Positions 52,215 to 61,418 of a stretch of DNA of 64,000 nucleotides are shown here, piece by piece. A model generated the notes under the pieces. That model was not told the DNA's origin, searched no databases, and saw nothing but the letters and a program-made list of their open reading frames with translations. Origin of the DNA: an uncultured Anaerolineaceae bacterium (GTDB lineage: Bacteria; Chloroflexota; Anaerolineae; Anaerolineales; UBA4823); NCBI GenBank assembly GCA_964400875.1, contig CAYNWK010000002.1:3391-67390 (forward strand), in the 5' to 3' direction. The position numbers and the translations under genes were made by a program. How positions within the stretch are numbered: the first letter of the stretch is position 1; every line of letters begins with the position of its first letter.

Positions 52215-53582
52215 TCAGGAAGCCGCGCCCGCCGAGGCTGTTCCCCGGCGCACGTCCAAGGATACACGCGCGGCCGCGATGCCCACGGTGAAGAGGTAAT
52301 AGCCGGACAAAATCCCGGCGAAAGCCGTATAACCTAAGACCGGCACCAGCCAGTAAACTGCGGCGACTTTCAAGAGCATACCGGCAAAATTGACCAGCGT
52401 CGGGAAAACCGGGCGGCTCAGGGAGAGCAAGGCCACCCGGTTCCAATAGAAGATATTGACGAAGGTATAACCGATCAACAAGACCACGAGAGCCGGGTAT
52501 GCAGGCAAGTATTCGATTCCGTAAACATAGGAGATGATCCACTGCCCGAAAAGGATCAAGAAGAGTGTCACCGGCACGGAATAAGCCGCCGCCAGCCGCG
52601 ATCCCTGTCGGAGGATATACCGAACGTTTTCCCAGTTACGGCGAGCGATCTCTCTGGACAGTTCCGGATAGGTCGCTTTGGGCAGCGGACTGACCGGCAA
52701 CTGCAGCATATTGGCCAGGGCTAAGGCCAGTTTGTAATATCCGGCCGGAACCGTCCCTAGAAACCCGGAAACCCATAACACTTCGCTGTCTTTCGCAATC
52801 AAACTGACCGTCCCGCTCAGGTTGGTGCTGAAAGCGAAGGTCAGCAAGCTGCGGCGCTGGTCTGCAAGCGTGCGGAAAGGCGCCTGCCACCAGCCAGCCC
52901 CCCAGCTTTGCCTGGCGAGCACCAACGCCGAAATCGTATAAGCCAGCGCGCCGAGGACCTTCCCGGTCATGTAGGCCAGGATGATCGCAAACAACCCAGC
53001 CCCTGAAAAAAAGGCGGCGGCGATCAACATCAGCGTCACCGCGCTCTGCAAGGCGGTGATAACGGCGATAGAGCGGAAACGATCGAAAACCTGCAGCAAA
53101 CCGGTGGCGCTCTCCGAGATCAGGTTCGCCAGTACGATGCCGCCGTAGATGCGGAACCAGATCGCCAGGCCGACATCATGAGCGAAATACTGCGCCCCCA
53201 GCGGAGCCAGCGCCCAAACCAGGCCAAATGCCAGGACTGAGCCGCCCATTTCCAACAGGCTGGCGGTCTTGAAAGCAGCGGCGGCTTTGGATGGTTCACC
53301 TTGCTCTTGAAAATGGCTGACATAACGCACGACCAGCTCGTTCATACGATAGGAAGCCAACCGGTTGAGGGTGCTGGTAAACGTGGTAACCGCGCCGAGC
53401 ACACCGAAATTCGCCGGCCCCAGCAAGCGCGCGGCCAGAATACCCTGGAGCATGCTCAAAAAGGCTGAGATCCCCGTGGCGCTGAAAAGATAACCGGAAT
53501 TTTTGAGTATCCGCCGGATCAGGGGATTATCAAAAAAACGGTCGAATCTCTCCCGCGCCCGGGAATATACCGACTGGATCAT
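52215..53582 (-). CDS. wzx: Wzx-like oligosaccharide flippase (MOP superfamily, polysaccharide biosynthesis protein)
   Basis: NSGYLFSATGISAFLSMLQGILAARLLGPANFGVLG N-terminus. About 12-14 TM helices. Confidence 0.75.
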   Translation of the reverse strand: MIQSVYSRARERFDRFFDNPLIRRILKNSGYLFSATGISAFLSMLQGILAARLLGPANFGVLGAVTTFTSTLNRLASYRMNELVVRYVSHFQEQGEPSKAAAAFKTASLLEMGGSVLAFGLVWALAPLGAQYFAHDVGLAIWFRIYGGIVLANLISESATGLLQVFDRFRSIAVITALQSAVTLMLIAAAFFSGAGLFAIILAYMTGKVLGALAYTISALVLARQSWGAGWWQAPFRTLADQRRSLLTFAFSTNLSGTVSLIAKDSEVLWVSGFLGTVPAGYYKLALALANMLQLPVSPLPKATYPELSREIARRNWENVRYILRQGSRLAAAYSVPVTLFLILFGQWIISYVYGIEYLPAYPALVVLLIGYTFVNIFYWNRVALLSLSRPVFPTLVNFAGMLLKVAAVYWLVPVLGYTAFAGILSGYYLFTVGIAAARVSLDVRRGTASAGAAS

Positions 53583-53617
53583 GCAAAGGATAGGTGTAAG
53601 AAAAGCCGGGGAGACTG

Positions 53618-54616
53618 CTACTTACCCGTTTTGACCTGGCGCGCCCACTCACGCTCGCCTTTGTACCAGGCAACCGTCTCTTCGACGCCTCGATCGAGGG
53701 TAAATTCGGGTCGCCAGCCCAAGAGTTCTTCGGCTTTTTCGACGTTGGCCCAATTTGCCAGCATGTCGGCGGGATGGCGCGGGCGGTGCTCGACGACAGC
53801 CTTCCGTCCGGTTTTTTCCTCAAAAAGATCAACCAGTCCGTTGATCGTGATTGTCTCGTGCCCGCCCAGGTTGATGATCTGGAAGCCCATGGGGCGGAGG
53901 CCCAAGATCGTGCCGCGGGCGATGTCGTCGATGTAGGTAAAACCGCGCGATTGTTCACCATCGCCGTTAATCATCAGCGGTTGGCCCTCCATGATCCACT
54001 GGGTAAAGCGGAACATGACCATATCCGGGCGCCCGGCCGGGCCGTAAACGGTGAAATACCGGAAAATAGTCACGTCAAGATCGTAGAGGTAGTGGTAAGC
54101 GTGGCACATCGCCTCGGCGCCCTTTTTGCTGGCTGCGTAGGGCTGCAAGGGCAGATCGCTGTCCGCGTCCTCGGGAGTCGGCAGCGGCGCGCCAGCGCCG
54201 TAAATGCTGGAAGTGGAAGCTAGTATGAACTTCGGGATCCCGTTTTTCCGGCACAATTCCAGCAAATTCAGCGTGCCGGTGACGTTGGTGTTCACGTAAA
54301 CCCAGGGATCCTCCACCGACTGGCGCACACCGGCGCGCGCCGCCAAATTGATGACCCCATCGAATAAAGGCGCATCTGCACGCTTGAGGGGCTCCAGATC
54401 GAGCGCTTCGAAGGCCTCTTTATCGCTGATATCGACCTGGTGAAAAGTGAAGTTTGGATGCTCCTGGACGCGCTTCAAGCGCCAGTGCTTGATGCGCACG
54501 TCGTACGCGTCATTGAGATTGTCCAACCCGAGAACGGTGTGGCCGTCCTCGAGAAGCATTTCGGCAACCCGGGCGCCGATGAACCCCGCCGCGCCGGTGA
54601 CAAGATACTGCGCCAT
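53618..54616 (-). CDS. NAD-dependent nucleotide-sugar epimerase (UDP-glucuronate 4-epimerase-like)
   Basis: YLVTGAAGFIGARV, LDNLNDAYDVRIK, YAASKKGAEAM. Confidence 0.8.
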   Translation of the reverse strand: MAQYLVTGAAGFIGARVAEMLLEDGHTVLGLDNLNDAYDVRIKHWRLKRVQEHPNFTFHQVDISDKEAFEALDLEPLKRADAPLFDGVINLAARAGVRQSVEDPWVYVNTNVTGTLNLLELCRKNGIPKFILASTSSIYGAGAPLPTPEDADSDLPLQPYAASKKGAEAMCHAYHYLYDLDVTIFRYFTVYGPAGRPDMVMFRFTQWIMEGQPLMINGDGEQSRGFTYIDDIARGTILGLRPMGFQIINLGGHETITINGLVDLFEEKTGRKAVVEHRPRHPADMLANWANVEKAEELLGWRPEFTLDRGVEETVAWYKGEREWARQVKTGK

Positions 54617-54736
54617 ACTCTACCTCATACTTTTTAAAGTTACGCATCCTGCAGGTACTGCGGACGATGGCTTCTTTAAAGCTTGCTCAACCACCTTATC
54701 CACCCGCCAGGTGCGTAAGCGGTTCGTTCCTCGGGT

Positions 54737-56056
54737 TTACAAACGCACGACCTTGGGTTCCTGGTTCCGGTTCAATTTGAGCGCATTGCGGGTGTCGACG
54801 ATCAGCTCGGCCGAAGCTAACAGCCTGGCGTAATCATACACCTGGTGATCGGTGATGATCACAACGCAGTCTGCCTGGGACGCCTGCTCATAAAGATCGT
54901 CTACGCTGTCCAAACCCCAATCCTCGTGTCGAATGCGCGGGATGTACGGATCATGGTAAGAGACCTCAGCGCCTTTTTGACGCAGCAGGCCGATGACGTC
55001 CAAGGCAGGCGATTCTCGCAAATCGTCGATATCGGGCTTATAGGCCGCGCCGACGACCAGCACCTTGCTGGCCTTCAGAGGCTTGCAAACCTCGTTCAGC
55101 GCATCCTGGACGCGGCCGACCACGTAGCGCGGCATGTTGGTGTTTATCTCGGAGGCCAAATCGATAAAGCGCGCTGAATAATTCAAGGTGCGCAGCTTCC
55201 AGGAGAGATACAGCGGATCGATTGGGATACAGTGACCCCCCAAACCCGGTCCGGGGGTGAACTTCATAAATCCGAAGGGCTTGGTCGCCGCAGCGTCGAT
55301 CACCTCCCAGACGTCGATCCCCAGCTTGTCGCACATGATCGCCATCTCATTGACTAGGCCGATGTTGATCATCCGGAAGGTGTTCTCTAGCAGCTTGGCC
55401 ATCTCGGCCACTTCCGTGGAGGAAACCGGTACAACCGTCTCCAACGCCTGTCTGTACCAGGCAGCTGCCAGCTTGCTGCACTCGGGCGTGATCCCGCCGA
55501 TAACCTTGGGCGTATTGTAGGTGGTCCAATCCGTCCGTCCAGGATCGACCCGCTCCGGGGAAAACGCCAGAAAGAAATCCTCCCCCACGACCAGACCGGA
55601 GGCTTCGCTTAACTTCGGCAGCAGGATCTCGCGAGTTGTGCCGGGATAGGTGGTAGATTCCAGGACGATCACCATCCCTGAGTGCATGTATTTCGCCAGG
55701 TCGTCAGTCGCCGTCAGGATGTAAGACAGGTCCGGGTCGCCGGTCTTGCGCAAAGGTGTGGGCACGCAAATGCTTACCGCGTCCGTCTCCCGGATGGCGG
55801 AGAATTCCGTGGTGCCTCTCAAACGACCACTCTCAAGCAGTCGTGCCACCTGTTCGCCAGGGACATCCTGAATGTAACTTTCACCCCGGTTGATGGCCTC
55901 GACCTTGCGTACGTCCGGGTCGATGCCGGTCACTTCAAAACCGGACTCGGCAAAAATGGTCGCCAGGGGCAGGCCAACGTAGCCCAAACCCAAAACGGCG
56001 ATCTTCACTTCACGGCGGTCTAGCCGGTCTAACATAGATTGAACTGCTGGATTCAT
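54737..56056 (-). CDS. Nucleotide-sugar 6-dehydrogenase (UDP-glucose/GDP-mannose dehydrogenase family, UDP-HexNAc dehydrogenase-like)
   Basis: IAVLGLGYVGLPLA, GPGLGGHCIPIDP catalytic Cys region, VLVVGAAYKPDIDDLRESPA. Confidence 0.88.
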   Translation of the reverse strand: MNPAVQSMLDRLDRREVKIAVLGLGYVGLPLATIFAESGFEVTGIDPDVRKVEAINRGESYIQDVPGEQVARLLESGRLRGTTEFSAIRETDAVSICVPTPLRKTGDPDLSYILTATDDLAKYMHSGMVIVLESTTYPGTTREILLPKLSEASGLVVGEDFFLAFSPERVDPGRTDWTTYNTPKVIGGITPECSKLAAAWYRQALETVVPVSSTEVAEMAKLLENTFRMINIGLVNEMAIMCDKLGIDVWEVIDAAATKPFGFMKFTPGPGLGGHCIPIDPLYLSWKLRTLNYSARFIDLASEINTNMPRYVVGRVQDALNEVCKPLKASKVLVVGAAYKPDIDDLRESPALDVIGLLRQKGAEVSYHDPYIPRIRHEDWGLDSVDDLYEQASQADCVVIITDHQVYDYARLLASAELIVDTRNALKLNRNQEPKVVRL

Positions 56057-56091
56057 GTGGTCCTCTTTGTCTAAGCAGGTGAGTGGCAGGT

Positions 56092-56097
56092 ATTATA
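56092..56097 (-). promoter_or_regulatory. Candidate -10 box (TATAAT) upstream of the dehydrogenase gene
   Basis: Perfect TATAAT on the minus strand 36 nt before ATG 56056. AAGAGG SD. Motif copy C lies immediately upstream of the -35 region. Confidence 0.45.
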
Positions 56098-56121
56098 GAT
56101 CGGCAAACTGCCAGACAAAAC

Positions 56122-56154
56122 CCCCACTTTCCCGGCGAACTGCGTAACTTCTAA
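56122..56154 (-). repeat. Conserved intergenic motif, copy C (inverted relative to the other copies)
   Basis: The plus strand reads ccccactttcccggcgaactgcgtaacttctaa, the reverse complement of TTAGAAGTTACGCAGTTCGCCGGGAAAGTGGGG. Confidence 0.8.
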
Positions 56155-56191
56155 CTTTTTTAGCAGCATCGCCGACAATCATACCACTTCA

Positions 56192-56977
56192 TCAAATTGG
56201 GGCAAACCTCATCAACACAGCGAGGTGATCGGAATGTTTGAGATCCTGAGTTTCTAAATGCTGGGCGTCGATCACCTTCCATGGTTGATCCCCTGGCTGT
56301 AAAAAGATGTAATCAAGCCGGCGTTTACCGATTAGACGACCCAAGACCCCATCCAAGGCATGAGTCGCGCCTTGCTGCCCGGGACGTGTGCTGCGAAAGG
56401 TGTCTAACCAGACTGTTTGCATCTTCCTGATCTGCTGGCTATTCTCGGAGGCGTTAAAATCGCCGCCCACCAGCGCCATGCGCCCCTGCGCCGATGCCTC
56501 GATCCATTGGTGCAGCAACATGACCTGACGAATATTGCGACGCTTTCTCAAACTCAGATGGACGCTGGTTGCTAAGAACTCCCTGCCAGGCGCTTTAATA
56601 TTAACGGTCAAGGCCAACCGGTTAATCAAAAGGTCATTCCCCTGATTCAATTCGAGGACCTGTGGGTCTTCGAGCGGAAAGCTGCTGAAAACCGCTAACC
56701 CTTCCTCAAAACCAATCTGCCGGTGCCCATTAGCTCTGGCATAAACGTAAGCCATACCTAAACGTTCAGCCAACCATTTCTCGACATGCACCTCTGCGGT
56801 TCTCGCCACTTCCTGGAGAAGTAATATGTCCGCTTTTTCCCTTTCAACGAGTTCTGCAAAGGCTTCCAAGCGCTGGCGCAATCGTCGGTGTCGAGGCCAA
56901 TCATGGCATAGGTTAGCGCTCATCACGGAGAGGCTGTCGCTGCCAGAGCGTAACCCTTTCAACGGAGATCTGATCAT
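56192..56977 (-). CDS. Endonuclease/exonuclease/phosphatase (EEP) family protein
   Basis: LSVMSANLCHDW...ILLLQEV...GDFN...SDH. Start uncertain. The ORF track begins at TTG 57235, but the extra 86 codons are AT-rich and atypical, so ATG 56977 is preferred. Confidence 0.6.
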   Translation of the reverse strand: MIRSPLKGLRSGSDSLSVMSANLCHDWPRHRRLRQRLEAFAELVEREKADILLLQEVARTAEVHVEKWLAERLGMAYVYARANGHRQIGFEEGLAVFSSFPLEDPQVLELNQGNDLLINRLALTVNIKAPGREFLATSVHLSLRKRRNIRQVMLLHQWIEASAQGRMALVGGDFNASENSQQIRKMQTVWLDTFRSTRPGQQGATHALDGVLGRLIGKRRLDYIFLQPGDQPWKVIDAQHLETQDLKHSDHLAVLMRFAPI

Positions 56978-57240
56978 CGAGAACTGGCCAACAGGTCTGG
57001 TTACGGCAGCCGCTTTTCGTATCGCGGGCTTCAGAGAATGCAAGCCGGGGATACGCGTTACGGCGCTTATAAGCCTGCTTATCCATCGAAATTTGGTTGA
57101 ATTTCTCTTAAATTTATAGGTATTGCCAATATCAATTATTTGCGGAATTTCTTTTGTCAAATATGGCTCCAGGGATTGAAATCGCCCCCCACAAAAACAT
57201 TTATACCATATCCCCCATAGTCGTTCCAATTTCAATACTA

Positions 57241-57274
57241 TTAGGAGTTACGCAGTTCGCCAGCGAAGTCGGTG
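57241..57274 (+). repeat. Conserved intergenic motif, copy B
   Basis: TTAGGAGTTACGCAGTTCGCCAGCGAAGTCGGTG. Confidence 0.8.
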
Positions 57275-57313
57275 TGTTTGGGTGGCAGCACTGAACCCAC
57301 AAAACTTCGTTCA

Positions 57314-57898
57314 CTATCCGATTTTTGTATTATCTTGCTCTCGAATCTTAATCTTACGCAAACCAGCAAGGAATTGGGGAATCACAACTTGCGGAAAGCG
57401 AGGCCAAGTGATCACCACCACTCCAATCAGCCAGATCACCAACCAACAGGCTACGATGGGATTTTGCACGTATGCAAAAAATATAAACAATGCGTAGATC
57501 GGTGCTTGGAAAAGCATCCCTAAGGATCTCGGGATGCCGATACGCCAAAAAATCACCGCCCAATACAAAAGATACCCAAGCACCAGCCAGACGTTAATCC
57601 GTCCCGAGACCAACAAGTAAACCAACAGTCCAACAGAGACAGTCATATCAATCTCTAAATCGTGTTCTCCCCACCATGAGTGGTATTTTCGTCGACTACG
57701 GCGCGCCAAGGGACCGTCTAGGATATCGCCAGTCCAATCCAAGATCATCGCCCAGACCGCAATCTCCAACCCCTCCTTGCCACGGGATAGTCCTAACCAC
57801 ACCAACCCGCATCCCAACAATAAACGAGAGCAAGTCAGCAGATCGGCAAATTGTTTTGCGACCAAAATAGAACCCTCACCCGCCCATGGATCGTACAA
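57314..57898 (-). CDS. CDP-alcohol phosphatidyltransferase family protein
   Basis: DWTGDILDGPLARR (D-x2-DG-x2-AR motif) and about 5 TM helices. Confidence 0.75.
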   Translation of the reverse strand: MYDPWAGEGSILVAKQFADLLTCSRLLLGCGLVWLGLSRGKEGLEIAVWAMILDWTGDILDGPLARRSRRKYHSWWGEHDLEIDMTVSVGLLVYLLVSGRINVWLVLGYLLYWAVIFWRIGIPRSLGMLFQAPIYALFIFFAYVQNPIVACWLVIWLIGVVVITWPRFPQVVIPQFLAGLRKIKIREQDNTKIG

Positions 57899-58787
57899 TC
57901 ATTGTAGACCGATCGGCGTAATGAACTAGCTTACGTGAGACGCTACCTAAAAGTAAGCTCTCGACCGGTCCTAACCCGCGCGAACCGGCCACGATCAGGT
58001 CGATCTCGTTTACCCGAGCATACTCGATCAACTCGGTCGCGGCATCCCCCCGAACCAATACACTTTTCAAATCCACCTTTCCGGAGTGTGCGCTTAAGTA
58101 ATATCGCTCCATCTTGGCGAGCATCTCTTGTCCAGCTCTTTCCTCATCTTCCCCCTGGCGCGCCTCGGTCAGTTCAACCTCACGAATCTGAGCTTGTCGG
58201 GCAGATTCCATCTCAAGAGGCCAGGCTTGCGCCCAATTTGGCGGCAGACCAATCGGTGGCAATACGTGCATTAGATAAACTTCAACCTCTGCTGGTAGTG
58301 GAAATCTCGCCAGATATAAAGCTGCTTCCTGGCATTCCGGTGAACCGTCCACCGCCAACAGCGTTTTATGAAGACCTTGATAAGGCGCCCGGATCAACAA
58401 TACCGGACAAATCGCATGCTCGACCAGGGTCTGGGCCACGCTACCTAAAAGAATACCCAAGGTCCCGCGTAATCCTTTCGCGCCAAGCACAATCAAGTCA
58501 GGGTGATTAATCTCGGCGTATTCCAGCAGCTCGTGTGAAGGATACCCGGTGATAAGTTTTGTCTCTACCGCACATTCCACGTCGCTTAACATATCCCCGG
58601 CGCGCGCCAGCATAGCTTCCAAAGCGGCGTAGTTCGAGGCGTTGCGCGGCAACATAACCGTCACGATCGTGATGACGGTATCTGCACCCCATTGGAAATC
58701 GTGCACAAATTGGGTAGCTGCCCAAGAATGGTCCGAACCGTCTATTGCCAGCAAAATGGAGTGGATCCTACCAATCGAGTCGTCCAT
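57876..58787 (-). CDS. Universal stress protein with tandem Usp domains
   Basis: ILLAIDGSDHS...DLIVLGAKG and LLAVDGSPEC...DLIVAGSRG. AAGGAGG SD before ATG 58787. Confidence 0.8.
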   Translation of the reverse strand: MDDSIGRIHSILLAIDGSDHSWAATQFVHDFQWGADTVITIVTVMLPRNASNYAALEAMLARAGDMLSDVECAVETKLITGYPSHELLEYAEINHPDLIVLGAKGLRGTLGILLGSVAQTLVEHAICPVLLIRAPYQGLHKTLLAVDGSPECQEAALYLARFPLPAEVEVYLMHVLPPIGLPPNWAQAWPLEMESARQAQIREVELTEARQGEDEERAGQEMLAKMERYYLSAHSGKVDLKSVLVRGDAATELIEYARVNEIDLIVAGSRGLGPVESLLLGSVSRKLVHYADRSTMIVRSMGG

Positions 58788-58871
58788 CTCAGCCTCCTTA
58801 TCAACCGAGCTTAGAACTGACTCAAGGACACCCTCTTTCCCCCTCATTCAGATATCCCAACATCCATTTCC

Positions 58872-58900
58872 ACTATATCAAATTTATCCCCCGAATTCAA
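58872..58900 (-). promoter_or_regulatory. Sigma70-type promoter upstream of usp
   Basis: Minus strand reads TTGAAT-17 nt-TATAGT, about 85 nt upstream of ATG 58787. Confidence 0.5.
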
Positions 58901-59017
58901 GAGGTATCATTCAAATACGCAGGACAGTTGCATTTGCCCTTGCTAGGTAGCGCACTCCCGTAACACAGGGGTTGCAGGGTACGCGCCAAGCGTCTCAGCT
59001 ACAGAGGCGATCAGAGG

Positions 59018-59659
59018 TTAGAACAAGCTCAACTGCTGGGGATTATCGCTCTTCCCGTTTGCCGGTTCGACATACTCCGGGGCTTCACCAGCGGTAGCGA
59101 TCATTTCAGGAAGCCTGGAGAAGTCGCTTTCGATGGTCGGTTTCAATGACCTTTGGTGAAGCGCAGCCGCTGGGTGGTACATGGGGACGATCAGCCGGCC
59201 GCGCACCTGCCTGGCTTGACCGTGCACGTCGCTGATTTTGACGTTCGGCAAGAAATACCCCATTGAAAATCTTCCCAGCGTAACGATCACTTTCGGGTTG
59301 ATCGCTTGGATCTGCCTCTCAAGATAGTTGCTCGTACAGGCGCTCACCTCTTCGGGTTTGGGGTCCCGATTACCCGGCGGGCGGCACTTGACCACATTGG
59401 TGATAAAAACCTGCTCACGGCTCATCCCGATATTAGCCAACAACTCCTCTAAAAACTTGCCGGCAGCCCCAACAAATGGGCGCCCCTGTTCGTTTTCATG
59501 AAACCCCGGGCCTTCACCAATGAATAGGATCTCGGCGTTGGTCGGGCCTTCCCCTGGGACAGCGTTTTTGCGAGAGTATTGCAGTTCGCATTTGGTGCAA
59601 ACCCTGGTCTCCTTGGCAACCTGCTGCAAGATTTCTTCAGAATTCAAGAGTACCTCCAA
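59018..59659 (-). CDS. udg: Family 4 uracil-DNA glycosylase
   Basis: CTKCEL, GEGPGFHENEQGRPFVGAAGKFL, HPAA. Confidence 0.88.
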   Translation of the reverse strand: MEVLLNSEEILQQVAKETRVCTKCELQYSRKNAVPGEGPTNAEILFIGEGPGFHENEQGRPFVGAAGKFLEELLANIGMSREQVFITNVVKCRPPGNRDPKPEEVSACTSNYLERQIQAINPKVIVTLGRFSMGYFLPNVKISDVHGQARQVRGRLIVPMYHPAAALHQRSLKPTIESDFSRLPEMIATAGEAPEYVEPANGKSDNPQQLSLF

Positions 59660-60189
59660 GAAGATCCACGTTCATTTAAACGGCTTTCCATCCAGACCAA
59701 ATAATCCTGATCCAGGTTATTCACCGTCATCAAGATCGCGTCTTCGGCGTTATCTTTATAGTAGCGCGGCCGTCTGCCGACCACCTCGAAACCAAAACGT
59801 TTGTACAGGGATTGCGCGGCATGGTTGGAAGCGCGCACTTCGAGCGTCGCTTGCTCTGCGCCTCGCCGGATCACGCTTTCCAAGGATTTAGCCAGCAAGT
59901 GAGCGCCAATCCCCAGCTGGCGGTAATCCGGATGGACGGCGATGGTGGCAATATGCGCCTCATCGATGATCAACCAGATCACGGTCATGCCGACGATCAG
60001 TTTCTCGCCGCTCGGCGAGTCGATCTCAGCAACCCATAAGATCGACTTCGAGTTGCTGTTCAATTCATAATGATAGGCGCGGGTCGGCCAAGGCGTACTG
60101 AACGATGCACGATCGATCGCCTGGACTGCTTCGATATCCTCCAACTGCATGGGACGAAAATGGAGCGTAAAGGTGTCTGAGCTGATCAT
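59644..60189 (-). CDS. rimI: Ribosomal-protein-alanine N-acetyltransferase (GNAT)
   Basis: Sits directly after tsaB, with ATGA overlap at 60186-60189. GNAT motif A is QLGIGAHLL. N-terminus trimmed to MISSDTF. Confidence 0.8.
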   Translation of the reverse strand: MISSDTFTLHFRPMQLEDIEAVQAIDRASFSTPWPTRAYHYELNSNSKSILWVAEIDSPSGEKLIVGMTVIWLIIDEAHIATIAVHPDYRQLGIGAHLLAKSLESVIRRGAEQATLEVRASNHAAQSLYKRFGFEVVGRRPRYYKDNAEDAILMTVNNLDQDYLVWMESRLNERGSSWRYS

Positions 60190-60857
60190 TCGGGGATATT
60201 GTTGTGCGTCCGCAGGTATATTGGCGCCAGGGTTGCCGGATCGTCCCAGCGATCGGCTTGCAGACGATCCCAGGCCAACTCGGCAAGAAAAGACGGTCGC
60301 CGCACCGATTGCGCTGGAGAACAGAGCACAACGTTCACCCATTTCCTGGCTAACAACCTTCGTTCCTCCTCATCAAGCTCGCCGCAAATCATGGTCGGCT
60401 CATTGATCCTGGCGTTTAAATTCCTGGCGGTAAGTATCTCTGCATCTCCCGAGGATGACCAGGCATCCCCTTCACGATGGTACCAGCCGACTGCCAGACG
60501 GGCGCGTCCCGCTCGCAGTACAGCAGCCAGCCGCATATCCTGAGCTGGCTGTGCTGCCGCCAGGACATCCAGGGTGGGCACTCCGAAGATCGGTTTGCCT
60601 CGAGCCAGCGCCAGGCCTTTGGCGACCGCCAGTCCGATCCGTATCCCCGTGAACGACCCGGGGCCAATCGCTATAGCGATACCGCTGAGAGCCCGCATCG
60701 AAATATCCGCCCGGTTGAGCATTTGGTTGATCGCCGGCGCTAGCTCTACGGTGTGATAATTTGAGCTCGACCAGATCATCTCGCTGAGTACCTGGACGCC
60801 ATCGTACAGGGCGAGGCCCACCGTTCGAGTAGAGGTATCAATAGCCAGCAGCATCAA
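60186..60857 (-). CDS. tsaB: tRNA t6A37 biosynthesis protein TsaB
   Basis: LLAIDTSTRTVGLALYDG, GPGSFTGIRIG. Confidence 0.88.
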   Translation of the reverse strand: MMLLAIDTSTRTVGLALYDGVQVLSEMIWSSSNYHTVELAPAINQMLNRADISMRALSGIAIAIGPGSFTGIRIGLAVAKGLALARGKPIFGVPTLDVLAAAQPAQDMRLAAVLRAGRARLAVGWYHREGDAWSSSGDAEILTARNLNARINEPTMICGELDEEERRLLARKWVNVVLCSPAQSVRRPSFLAELAWDRLQADRWDDPATLAPIYLRTHNNIPE

Positions 60858-61351
60858 CCACTCCCATACACCCGCTTGCGAAATTTCTCCAGGAGAGCCT
60901 GATAATGCTCGCCGTTCGCGGAGAAAATCAGATCGCGCTGATCGTTATTAATCGTTCGCAGGCTGACCCACAGATTCTCAGCCGGCAAAGCTTTTTTAAT
61001 TCGATCCGCCCATTCGACGATCAAGGGGCTGCCAGCCACGAGCGTATCGATATCCAGGTCTTCAGCTTCCTCCGGACCGCTCAAGCGGTAACCGTCGAGG
61101 TGGTAAAAACGCTCACCTTGTGGGCGACGGTAAAGGTTGACAAGGACGAAGGTCGGACTGGTGACCTGATCGAGAGAGCCCCAACCGGAGGCGACGCCCT
61201 GCACAAAAGTCGTCTTGCCGGACCCCAGATCGCCAACCAGGCAAATCACATCACCTGGGGCAAGCAAAGCGCCCAAACGCATACCCACGCGGCGGGTTTG
61301 CTCTGGGCTCCGGCTGATCACTTCGACGGAATGAGCGTTGAGGATCGGCAT
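60854..61351 (-). CDS. tsaE: tRNA t6A37 biosynthesis ATPase TsaE
   Basis: LVGDLGSGKTTFVQG, SPTF, HLDGYRL. Confidence 0.88.
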   Translation of the reverse strand: MPILNAHSVEVISRSPEQTRRVGMRLGALLAPGDVICLVGDLGSGKTTFVQGVASGWGSLDQVTSPTFVLVNLYRRPQGERFYHLDGYRLSGPEEAEDLDIDTLVAGSPLIVEWADRIKKALPAENLWVSLRTINNDQRDLIFSANGEHYQALLEKFRKRVYGSG

Positions 61352-61360
61352 GTCTGGTCG

Positions 61361-61366
61361 ATTATA
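61361..61366 (-). promoter_or_regulatory. -10 box (TATAAT) 9 nt upstream of the tsaE ATG (near-leaderless)
   Basis: Minus strand reads TATAAT-CGACCAGAC-ATG. No SD possible. Confidence 0.5.
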
Positions 61367-61418
61367 CGCCGTGAAGCGCTTTGCGGGAAGCGTCCTGCGT
61401 GAATTTGCCCCCGGCCTC

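Noticed and set aside
56105-56120. A sigma-54 promoter reading of TGGCAG..TTTGCC near the dehydrogenase gene, with a similar TGGCAGCAC at 57283.
   Set aside because: The spacing between the GG and GC elements does not fit TGGCAC-N5-TTGC. A good TATAAT -10 sits nearby. No EBP-type activator is in the window.
56978-57235. The 86-codon N-terminal part of the EEP ORF as coding sequence.
   Set aside because: The composition is markedly AT-rich (K/I/F/N-rich peptide), unlike the rest of the gene. The EEP domain starts just after Met-87. Uncertainty remains because ATG 56977 lacks a clear SD.
56122-57274. An insertion sequence or MITE bounded by the inverted motif copies.
   Set aside because: There is no transposase or integrase and no obvious target-site duplication. 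The same motif occurs singly at three other gaps. It is kept only as a low-probability alternative in the findings.
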